A model generated the notes under the pieces. It searched no databases. It worked only from the letters and a program-made list of their open reading frames with translations, and had not been told where the DNA came from. Shown piece by piece: positions 11,324 through 21,129 of a DNA stretch of 32,228 nt. Origin of the DNA: Octopus bimaculoides (Eukaryota); the NCBI RefSeq assembly GCF_001194135.2, contig NC_068981.1, forward strand, positions 91,823,754-91,855,981. The letters run 5' to 3'. The number at the start of each line of letters is the position of its first letter. Positions within the stretch are counted from its first letter, which is position 1. A program made the position numbers and the translations under genes.

Positions 11324-13274
11324 GTCCGATGTTACTTTATCCAACGTCACTTTGTCCACGTCTTTTGGTCCGACGTCAAATTGTCCGATGATTTCTTTTT
11401 TCTTTTTGTCCAACGACTTGTCCCATTTAAATAAACTCTTTAGAAAACAAGGTGAACATGAAAATCAAATAATCATTGAGATTTTTTTTTTTTTTGATAG
11501 GATTCAAATAAAATACCGTGGGAAAATGTATTTAAGAAAAAGTTATTTTTAAAAAGTAATAAGGTATAACTAATGATTTATTATGGTCACTTAAAATTGA
11601 TGCAAATTATATGCAACACTCTTCAAAAAATCGATTTTTCTTGTTGATACATATTCAATGAACAATCTTTTGAGGCGTTCAGTTATTCTTCGATATCATG
11701 TACATGAATTTGACAGATCTCCTCGGAGAAATTTAGTCAATTTATCTTGAACGAACCCTTCCTCTTCCTTCAGAGTTTTAATTAATTTCCAAATCTTCAA
11801 ATGTGCCGAACGCTTTATCGCAGAATGAAATCCCTCTGCAACATCATTTGTTCCGAAAAGAGTTTGAAGAATACGTTGATTAATATTCCTTAGAGCTATC
11901 GAGAATGTAGGTGGTTTTCTCCTTCGTCTAGCACTACGTCCTCTCACAACACCTATGTAAGTCAATTCGAAGTAAGCGATGAATTCAGCAAATATTTCTT
12001 AATCGTCTATTAATTCTTCATAGACCTCTTCGATATCTTCGACGGATAGAAAGGCTAATGCTGAAAAACATCGAATTTTAAGACAGAATTCAGATATCTT
12101 TATTGTATTTTTCTTTGAGGCTTAAATCTCTAATTTTTCCGAAATACTGATTGGCTCAAATGAAAGAAACATGCAACGATAGATGAATTAGCGAACGATG
12201 AATTAAATACCTAATGAATTGCAACTTCGGAATCTGCCATGTGATCAAGCGGATATGTATTAAGTTGCATGAGTTTCAGTTGCTCGAAATGTAATTCATA
12301 TATCTGCTTTGTTTTATTCGGCAGTAATGCAAATACCATTGGAAAACTGCTACCTTTAACTTGTACATAAATGCTAAACAGTTGAAACCACTGTTCTGGC
12401 ACAGTTTTGCACATTCCATTACATGCCCTCTGACGATATGGTGCTATATCCTGAAGAGAATTTTCTGATGCAAATACTAGTATGCGCTGTTGATTCTCGA
12501 TACTTGAATCGTATCTCAGAAACTGTTCACCATTATCAAGTTTATAATATTCTCCAGATATTTCAAAACCAGTTCTAGCCCCTGGATTAGCGGGAAATCC
12601 AGAATTTTTTTGTCGGTACCTTTGAATAATCCTGGAAAGTACAGGCAAACGAGAAAGTTGTGAGCAAGTATTTTTTGTTAGCTGCGTAAACTTTGCAGCT
12701 ATTATGCTACGCGAACTTGCTGCTATGTTTTCCACCGCTTCATGCTTTATTTCTGCAACTGCTTTTCTAGCATTTAACCAATCTACATCAGTTGGGTGAA
12801 GATGCTCACTAGCAAAATAAATAATTTTTGGCTCATTGTTTTCCGTTACAGTGTGAATTCGCACTGAACATAGCTTTCTTTTCTCACATTTCCAGTATTC
12901 TTTTCCTAGTTTTGTATTGTTTGAATGAAAATCGTAGATGTAATTACTTTCAACTACTTTTCTTTTGTTTTTGGTCAATACTATGAAATTTGTCATTTCG
13001 GGATGGGTAAATTAAAAATGTGAACACTAAATTTGCAGCACTCTCTATACACATTACCGTACTTAAGAGACTGAAAGAAGAGGGAGCAAAACTGTTAACA
13101 AACAAGGAAAAAGAACGATAATAATAATCCTACTATAAGGTTCGTCATAGTTCTGTGCATATAACATTAGAGATATTTCACCTTGTTTTCTAGAGAGTTT
13201 ATTTAAAATTGGACAAAAAGACGTCGGAAGAAAAGACGAGAACGAAGTGACGCCGGACGAAAAGACATAGCACC
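11322..13274 (-). mobile_element. Mutator-superfamily element (FLYWCH+MULE, Phantom-like) with complex sub-repeated TIRs
   Basis: A 31-bp TIR core at 11426-11456 (TTTAAATAAACTCTTTAGAAAACAAGGTGAA) matches the reverse complement of 13177-13207 with 1 mismatch. Outside it, both ends carry arrays of ~15-bp units (consensus about TTTTNGTCCRACGTC). A transposase remnant lies inside. Confidence 0.85.
11696..12996 (-). pseudogene. FLYWCH zinc finger + MULE transposase pseudogene
   Basis: YIYDF...YWKCEKRKLCSVRIHT...HLHP (FLYWCH). FLRYDS...RILVFAS...CKTVPEQWFQLFS...FPMVFALLPNKTKQIY...DSEVAI (MULE core; the catalytic DG appears as NG). The continuation reads VACFFHLSQ...AFL...YFELTYIG...NDVAEGFHS, with in-frame stops and frameshifts downstream of 12211. 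Confidence 0.9.
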
Positions 13275-13277
13275 GCA

Positions 13278-13279
<2 letters not shown>

Positions 13280-13327
<48 letters not shown>
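13280..13327. repeat. (CA)n microsatellite
   Basis: Seen directly in the sequence. Confidence 0.95.
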
Positions 13328-13328
<1 letters not shown>

Positions 13329-14047
13329 GTAGAATATAATCATCAAGGACACATACTTCCAGCATATTCCTACATGCATACGTAAGTGTATGCGAGTATG
13401 CTAAAATGATAGGCAAACATTGTACTTTGTTTCGTTTCGTGCATAAAATATTTCTCTTTGGTGCCATTACGATCAAGAGGAAAAGATTTGACGGATTTAT
13501 GTTTAGAAGAAATAATGAATTCCTTCGATTAAATAATAATTCTTTCAGCTCGATGCCTTTTACGTCCCTCTAATCTTCAAATTTACAATGTTCTTTATTT
13601 CCTCTTACTGCACATTGCTGTCTAAAACCAGTAATATGTATTCCCGAGAAGTTGTATTACATAATGTTCTACTATTAAAGGTATTTCGATACGCAAATAT
13701 ATCAGCGCTGGAATGTATTTCTTGTGGAACGTATATAATGTTTATTGTCATTCAACGTTACGCCATTACATTTAAATATTACATTGCTTAATAGGAACCT
13801 GCCTTGGAAAGGACAGTCAATGGCTATCCTACAGTTAAATGTGCTTGAGTAAATGACAGAGAATTCTGACCTTTCTGGTTTAGTTAATTTTGGCCACTTT
13901 CCAATTTTATTCTTTTCTCATTTTCTATATTAGAACGTTTATATCATTTAACAGAGCTGTTAGGAATTTGAAGTTTATATAAATGGAAGAGTAAAGTATT
14001 GCTTCTATTAGGAGGGTTGACTGAAATGTTCAAAGGCTGAGTATGGA

Positions 14048-14600
14048 ATGTCGCCAAATGAAGTTAAATTTTCAATGTATCAAGCAACTTGCAAAGATGC
14101 TATAGAAAGTATCAATCTTGACCCAAACCATCAATGGGAAGATTTCAAAACAAAAGTATTTCAGGCTGCAAGTTCGTTAGTAGGATTTAAATTACGTACG
14201 TCCAGTGACTGGTTCTCAGATAGATCAACAGAAATTCATGATCTACTTTTAGAAAAACAAAGCATAGGCAATACAACTCTTTCTCAGTCCTTGAACCCCA
14301 ACTCAAACGAAGCTTACAGAAAGCTGAAAGGGAAACGGCAGACTGCTCTCAGGAAAATTAAACAGAAACAGTGGAATGATAATGCAAAAGGCGCACAAGA
14401 AGCAGCTGATAGAAATGAGGCCAAGGATTTCTGCTCTTATGTTAAGGAGGCATATGGCTCAAAATCTTATTCAATGGCACCATTGAGAACAGCAAATGGA
14501 CGTTTGATTCTGACTAACACCGCTTCTTTTCTTAAGTGCTGGTTAGAACATTTTTATTCACTTTTGAATAGACAATCATCCGTTGATATGAGGACGACAA
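14048..14600 (+). mobile_element. RTE-clade LINE fragment (linker between endonuclease and RT)
   Basis: WEDFKTKVFQAASSLVGFKLRTSSDWFSDRSTEIHDLLLEK...AQEAADRNEAKDFCSYVKEAYG...LKCWLEHFYSLLNRQSSVD matches the DWF..N..EI / AD.....F...K..YG / RW.EHF..LLN pattern of RTE/BovB-type ORFs. Confidence 0.85.
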
Positions 14601-15175
14601 TTGAGAGAGTAGCAGAGGCAAAATAGAGGTGGTCAAGATAAAGGAGTGGTGACGTAGTTATTTATATTTAGAAGATTTTATGCAGCGTGTAGTCTTCAAC
14701 CATTTAGAATTAAATCCATTGGGAGTTTCAACTGTATTCTAGTTGATGGTGATAAATTAATTAATGTCAGACAATCTCCCAGACTCTCGTTGTACTGGAA
14801 TCATATGTCTAGCTTTATCTACATAAAAGTATATGCCGCAGAGCTGCTAGTAAGAGAATTACTGATGGGTAAGAAGTGGTAACTAGAAGAAGGAAGGATG
14901 GGGATGGCCAATATTTATTTAGATTATCAAATAAAAGGGAATATAATTAAAATCAAAAGAGACAAGTGACATAAGCTTCAGGGTGGAAACTAGAATTGGG
15001 GGATACGTGAGCTAGTAATTCGTAAATTAGCAAATTTATTATATTAAATGGAGAAACTTTAGATCAACATATAGAAACTAAACTTAAAGTATAGAAACTG
15101 ATCTTAAAGTATAGAAACTAAACTTAAAACCTAATAATGGGATACTTTAATATATAAGAAAAGCCATTAAGACAT
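14597..15175 (+). repeat. Left arm of a ~0.55-0.58 kb inverted duplication (partner 17572-18125)
   Basis: Continuous alignment by eye, with scattered substitutions and small indels. Example: GGTCAAGATAAAGGAGTGGTGACGTAGTTATTTATATTTAGAAGATTTTATGCAGC is present on opposite strands. Confidence 0.95.
15071..15130. repeat. 20-bp tandem triplication (ATAGAAACTAAACTTAAAGT)
   Basis: Units at 15071-15090, 15091-15110 and 15111-15130. The right arm has a single copy (17617-17636). Confidence 0.9.
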
Positions 15176-15179
15176 GTAT

Positions 15180-16175
15180 AATAATAGTGAGGATAAGAAT
15201 GGGAAGGAAGAAGCCAAATCTAATAATAATATAAATACTGATAATTATAATGTAATTAATAATCAAACTGAATGTTAGGGAAATAATAGAAAGGCTGATA
15301 GGATCCGCTTTCATAAAGGTAAGGATACTAAAAATAATAACGTGGCCTGGTATAACATTCCTTTCATTTGCGCAATCTCTTCTAATAAATATAATAAACT
15401 TATAGTGACTTTGGAGAAAAAACTTCCCATACACATAAGTATAACAAACACTTCTCCCGTAAGAGAATCAGAGTCTCGTATTCCACCGCCTGCGAGATTG
15501 ATAATAATAATAATGGTAATAGTGGATTAACCGCTAATACTGATTCTAATGATAGTAGATGTGTAAGAATCAATAATATCATGGGTAATATTGAGAATTC
15601 ACAGCTAGTAACAATGCAGTCAGTATAGATAACAGAGCTAATAAACTGCAGACGATACACCAAATATCCTAAATACCACCGTTACATGTTGAGTGCATAA
15701 TATCAAGTGATATAATCCAAAACAATAGGGCTAATATAAATAGATGTAATAATACCTATTATAATAACTCAAATAATAGTGACATAACACTTGATAATAC
15801 TTCTACAAATTTGAGATAATTCTCGAATGACGACGCTATAAATGTTAATGATAGGGTAAGTAATGCTAATAATAACATTCGCAGTTGCAATTGTAGGGAG
15901 GATCCTAATGCCCGTTATTGGGCCAGGTTTGAGCTGCAACAGTACCTCATTAACTACGATAATCTGGGACCTCAAGGATAGCAATAATGAATTTAGCCTA
16001 AAATGGGATATAGTGCGTAGATCTCAGCCGATATGGATGTGAACTCTGTTGTGTAGAAATATATGAAATATTCAAATATATAGATAAACAAAACATAATT
16101 AATAACAAATTAGATCTTAGAATATCATGTGTCCATAGGATTACCCATAACTTCAAATACTTTAGAAGCAAGTAA
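15180..16175 (+). mobile_element. Penelope-like retroelement (PLE), C-terminal half: post-RT linker and partly deleted GIY-YIG-type endonuclease region
   Basis: Manual translation across frameshifts gives NVAWYNIPF...KLIVTLEKKLP (15339-15430), HKYNKHFSRKRIRVSYST (15434-15487), RSCNCREDPN/CPLLGQ (15880-15926), NSTSLTTIIWDLKDSNNEFSLKWDIVRRSQP (from 15938), CELCCVE...IINNKLDLRISCVH (16038-16136), and a stop at 16173-16175. The order matches my recalled consensus for C-terminal-EN PLEs of aquatic invertebrates (IIWFNPPF...KHFP / HK.FN...KVSYSC / CNCR...CPL.G.CL / ST.LSKYIW.LK....IKW.I / C.LC..EK...LNKR.E...C.H). Confidence 0.85.
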
Positions 16176-16333
16176 TAATAGGTATATCATACTATGATTT
16201 GGTTGCACGAAGTATCCGGGGTGTTATATTATTCATAGCATAACCTCTATTATCTCGAAATATATGTAGTATTGCTTTCTAATCATCCTTATCCATTTTT
16301 AATCTGCAATCTTTCAATAATTATTTAACATAT

Positions 16334-16550
16334 AAGGTGGCAGAGCTGGCAGAAACGTTAGCACGCCGGGTGAAATGCTTAGCGGTGTTTCGTCTGTCTT
16401 TACGTTCTGAATTCAAATTCCGCTGAGGTCGTCTTTGCATTTCATCCTTTCGAGGTCGATAAATTAAGTACCAGTTGCGTATTGGGTCGATGTAATCGAC
16501 TACCACTTCCCCGCCAAATTTCGGGTCTTGTGCCTAGAGTAGAAAACAAT
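16334..16550 (+). mobile_element. tRNA-derived SINE, family B (CORE-like central motif)
   Basis: Head AAGGTGGCAGAGCTGGCAGAAACGTTAGC with B-box-like GAATTCAAATTCC, then TTTCATCCTTTCGAGGTCGATAAATTAAGTACCAG, and tail CTTGTGCCTAGAGTAGAAAACAAT. A homologous copy lies at 10575-10760. Confidence 0.85.
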
Positions 16551-17571
16551 AACTATATGACATGCGCACCCCTTTGGTATGGGGATTATCTTCCCTTATA
16601 ATCAGTATAACATAAAATTGCAATGGATTACTGAATCTTACAATTCCCTTTATCTCCTCTAGGAACTGTTATTATTCTATATAGATCAGTGTCTTTGATA
16701 TATTTCAGAAATATTTTATAAACTCGTTTCCAAAGATATCTTTATCTTACTTTATTTTTTCAATTAGTATTTGATATACATAATTTTATTTTTATAGGGT
16801 ATTATAATAATCACATATATAAGAATATTTTTCAGTATACCAATATAATTTATAATTTACATTATAATCTATAAAATATTTCTTATTTCATTTTATTATA
16901 TCTTAATTTATACTCATTACTTTTATTTCTGCTATACCTTTTAAATCATTCGCAAAGGAATATTTTATGAAATTTCATTTTTCATGTTTTTTAATTTTCA
17001 TATTATTACATTTTTATATATCGATATGCCCCCCCCCCCCACTACTATACATTTGTATAGCTTCTATAGATAACAAAGTGGTTCATAATTTCTTTTCATA
17101 AAACTCACGTTATGTTAATTATTATCATAATTACACGTTATGATTTATAAAGTTTATACCTATATGTGATATATTTATGCATTCATATGTCCTTTCATAA
17201 TTTTTCCTAGAGTTTTTAATTTATAAATATTTTTTACGAGGTTTTTTATAAAAGTTACTGGATATGAAAATACTTATTTTATTTTAGTATATTTTTCAAG
17301 CAATAATCATTAAATGTGCGCATACCCAAATAGGTTTAGTTATTGCTTCCGTATATACTCCCTTATACATTTAGTATTACCTAGAATTCCATTACCTCTT
17401 ATATTTGATTCCATATTTTCGATATCTTATATTTATCCACCCGTAATGAAGAAATTAGTCCTTGTTATTGCTTTAATATATACTATGTACTCATACTCAG
17501 ATGATAATTTATTTCAGTTATACATTCATTGTAGAATTTCATCTTGACCACCTTAACAGTGTCCTTAGTAA

Positions 17572-18125
17572 ATGCCTTTATAGTTTTTCTTATATATTAA
17601 AGTATCCCGATATGTGATTTTAAGTTTTATTTCTATCCTTTTCCTATACATTAATTTAAAGTTTCCCCATTTAATATAATAAATTTGCTAATTTATGAAT
17701 TACTACCTCTCGTATCCCTCAATTCTAATTTCCACTCTTAAAGCTTATGTTACTTATCCCTTTTGTTTTTTTTTATTATATTTCCTTTTATTTGATAACC
17801 TAGATGAGTTTTGGCCACCCCCATCCTTCCTTCTTCTAGTTACCACTTCTTCCCCATCAGTCATTCTTTTACTAGCACCTCTGCGGCATATACATTTATG
17901 TAGATAAAGCTAGACATATGGTTCCTGTACAACGAGAGTTTGAGAAATTGTCTGACATTAATTGATTTATCACTATCAACTAGAATACAGTTGACAACTC
18001 CCAATGGATTTAATTCTAAATGGTTGAAGATTACATGCTGCATAAAATCTTCTAAATATAAATAACTACGTCACCACTCCTTTATCTTGACCCCTACAAT
18101 TTTTTCTCTGCTACTTTCTAATTGT
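17572..18125 (-). repeat. Right arm of the inverted duplication (partner 14597-15175)
   Basis: See the left arm. Confidence 0.95.
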
Positions 18126-18490
18126 AGTAGGCTTAATAAGACATGCATTATTTTCTAAACACATTCTGCTACATATATATCCTACGAAAACGATGTAATT
18201 ATTTTAGTTTCTATTATTATCTAAATTTGTTAAAAATGGTTTATCTTTTATGTTGTAATTTATATGGTCATCTGCAACTGAAGAGAGCGGTTTCTTTCAA
18301 ATTGCTGCAATGTCTTCATTGATCAATTAAATGGAGCCGCTTGATACGGCCATAATGTATTAACACTGTTACATCCTTCTTATTTACATTCTGTACCTGA
18401 CTTGGAGTTGTGCGCATTTTACCGAACTGGCAAGGTGCCTCAAGTTTAGTACCTAATTCAAGTGAATCTTAATTATATATATATATATAT

Positions 18491-19357
18491 NNNNNNNNNN
18501 NNNNNNNNNNNNNNNNNNNNNNNNNNNNNNNNNNNNNNNNNNNNNNNNNNNNNNNNNNNNNNNNNNNNNNNNNNNNNNNNNNNNNNNNNNNNNNNNNNNN
18601 NNNNNNNNNNNNNNNNNNNNNNNNNNNNNNNNNNNNNNNNNNNNNNNNNNNNNNNNNNNNNNNNNNNNNNNNNNNNNNNNNNNNNNNNNNNNNNNNNNNN
18701 NNNNNNNNNNNNNNNNNNNNNNNNNNNNNNNNNNNNNNNNNNNNNNNNNNNNNNNNNNNNNNNNNNNNNNNNNNNNNNNNNNNNNNNNNNNNNNNNNNNN
18801 NNNNNNNNNNNNNNNNNNNNNNNNNNNNNNNNNNNNNNNNNNNNNNNNNNNNNNNNNNNNNNNNNNNNNNNNNNNNNNNNNNNNNNNNNNNNNNNNNNNN
18901 NNNNNNNNNNNNNNNNNNNNNNNNNNNNNNNNNNNNNNNNNNNNNNNNNNNNNNNNNNNNNNNNNNNNNNNNNNNNNNNNNNNNNNNNNNNNNNNNNNNN
19001 NNNNNNNNNNNNNNNNNNNNNNNNNNNNNNNNNNNNNNNNNNNNNNNNNNNNNNNNNNNNNNNNNNNNNNNNNNNNNNNNNNNNNNNNNNNNNNNNNNNN
19101 NNNNNNNNNNNNNNNNNNNNNNNNNNNNNNNNNNNNNNNNNNNNNNNNNNNNNNNNNNNNNNNNNNNNNNNNNNNNNNNNNNNNNNNNNNNNNNNNNNNN
19201 NNNNNNNNNNNNNNNNNNNNNNNNNNNNNNNNNNNNNNNNNNNNNNNNNNNNNNNNNNNNNNNNNNNNNNNNNNNNNNNNNNNNNNNNNNNNNNNNNNNN
19301 NNNNNNNNNNNNNNNNNNNNNNNNNNNNNNNNNNNNNNNNNNNNNNNNNNNNNNNNN
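18491..19357. other. Assembly gap (N run)
   Basis: Run of N preceded by (TA)n. Confidence 1.
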
Positions 19358-19510
19358 ACAAAGGGACATGCTCAACTGGTTAAGGTAAAAAAAATGACAA
19401 GCAAATCTGTGGTATTGAGCAGAATATTTGCTGTAGCCCATCTTTTTATACCAAGGCAAAACAATGTACATGATAACATTTCCAATCAATTAAGATCAGA
19501 AGCCATGTGA
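19358..19510. repeat. Probable fragment of a dispersed repeat
   Basis: GGGACATGCTCAACTGGTTAAGG...GACAAGCAAATCTGTGGTATTGAGCAGAATATTTGCTGTAGCCCATC...TTAAGATCAGAAGCCATG resembles a common octopus repeat as I recall it. There is only one copy in this window, so it is not verifiable here. Confidence 0.4.
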
Positions 19511-19906
19511 GATTATTTAAGATTTAATTTGTTTTCTTACGTTCCGATTTAAAAGTTCAAAAGCACATTTCGTTTTTACCGTCTTCTGTTTCGTTTCACT
19601 TTGTGTTTTGGTTTATTTCACTTTGGATGCTCTTTCCTTTTGTTTTGCTTTCTGCTTTATCTCACTCGCACTTGTTTATTTTTGTTCCTGTGTTCACTGA
19701 GAAAGCATTAAATTATGCATATAAATATAATGATAAAGTTATCAGGTGTGCTTACTGTTTCACTCGGTATGTATTCATAGTCTGGAAATTTTAACAATTC
19801 ACGAAGTAATATTGTTCTATACTGAACTTCGATTTTTTTTACGAACGAGATTTTTCAGTCATTTAATCTTAATATATATATAGTCTTTTATATATAAGGT
19901 CATTTT

Positions 19907-19950
19907 GGGGCACCATCTTAAAAAAATTTAGTCGAATGAATCGATACCAG
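19907..19950 (-). mobile_element. Short 3' tail fragment of SINE family A
   Basis: GGGGCACCATCTTAAAAAAATTTAGTCGAATGAATCGATACCAGT resembles the reverse complement of the ...GTCGAT..TTCGACTAAAGGCGGTGCTCC tail, with an A/T insert. Confidence 0.5.
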
Positions 19951-20755
19951 TCCTTTGTTTATATTTCCTGGCCTTCTCTTCATGCTCCCTTTCCTTCCTC
20001 TTTCACTTCACTGTCTCCCTTTCATTTTGTTCTCGTCCCCCTAATTCTTCTATCCCTCTGCCTCTACCGCACTCTCTTCTCTCCCCACGTGACCACCGGT
20101 TTTTCGGCCAAGTCTGACCTTTCATTCTTGGTTCGACTACTATCCGTGTAAAATCCATATTTCTCCCTGTGCCTGTCAAATGTCATGTCCCTGCCGTAAG
20201 GCTTTACTTCCACACACGCCAGCCTAATTTTATTCGTCCTCAGTCGAAAGACACGTTTTTTTTTACTGCTATTTGCATTTGTATTTGTGTAACATTTCTC
20301 CGTTTTTTTCCGTCCGTGTTTTCGTATACGGTCGCTGCTTTATTCCAAGGTATCTAATGCTCTTAGTCTTTCCTTGGGGCTGGCCAGATTAGAGCAATCT
20401 CGAGTATAACCAGCCGAAATTGCAAAGATAATCTGGACTGAGGATAGAAAATTCCGAATGAACCGTCCTTGTTTCATTTGCATCGTCTGCCAGGATGTTT
20501 TGCTGTCCCTTTTTTGTATCACCTAATTGTCTGAATGCTTTGCATTTTTGTCCCATTTTTGTATTTTTATATATTCATTTGCCCGTTTTCACCTTTGTTT
20601 GAAAATTTCTGGTTTGGTCATTTTGACTTTTATATTTAGCATGCCGGTACTGCTTGTTAGTAACCCTGATTATTAACTGAGAATTTTTTACAGTTATGGG
20701 TTTTTCGTACTCATGCTATGCCACTTATATTATTATAAACAATGATATCCTGATT

Positions 20756-20886
20756 TGCTTACCAACTACATGGTTCCGGGTTCAGTTCCACTGCGTGGCA
20801 CCTTGGGCACGTGTCTTCTACTATAGTCTCGGGCCGACCAAAGCCTTGTGAGTGTATTTAGTAGACGAAAGTGAAAGAAGCCCGTC

Positions 20887-20939
<53 letters not shown>

Positions 20940-21129
20940 TATGTTTGTGTGTCTGTGCTTGTCCCCACAACATTGCTTGACAACCGATGCTGGTGTGTTT
21001 AGTCCCCGTCACTTAGAAGTTCGGCAAGAGAGCCCGATAGCATAAGTACTAGTCTTACAAAGACTAAATGCGGTGCTCAAGCATGGCTGCAGTCAATGAC
21101 AGAAACAAATGTAAGAATAAAAGAATAAA
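20756..21129 (+). mobile_element. tRNA-derived CORE-type SINE, family A (5'-truncated, internal microsatellite)
   Basis: B box GGTTCAGTTCC, CORE-like GGCACCTTGGGCACGTGTCTTCTACTATAG, central (TG)/(TA)n tract, and 3' GCGGTGCTCAAGCATGGCTGCAGTCAATGACAGAAAC with an (AAGAATA)-type tail. Collinear with 26722-27311. Confidence 0.9.

Noticed and set aside
15147-15663. Hydrophobic minus-strand ORFs resembling mitochondrial membrane proteins (ATP6/NAD-like; NUMT)
   Set aside because: The Ile/Leu richness is the antisense of AAT-rich codons on the plus strand, where ordered PLE motifs are found. No true mitochondrial motif aligns.
15180-16000. TAA/TAG read as Gln (ciliate or parasite contamination) or TGA as selenocysteine (as in some Naiad PLEs)
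   Set aside because: Stops co-occur with frameshifts, indicating decay. The conserved Cys positions seen here are TGC/TGT, not TGA. The endonuclease region is C-terminal, unlike Naiads.
18262-18320. CTGAAGAGAG...TTCAAATTGCTGCAAT as a hammerhead
   Set aside because: G12 of GAAA is missing, stem I pairs at only 2 bp, and the cleavage triplet is not in register.
20432-20475. CTGAGGAT...TTCCGAATGAACCGTC as a hammerhead; also 20060-20560 as a structured element
   Set aside because: The stem II closing pair, A15.1 and stem I all fail. The surrounding region is probably a repeat, but I cannot classify it from one copy.
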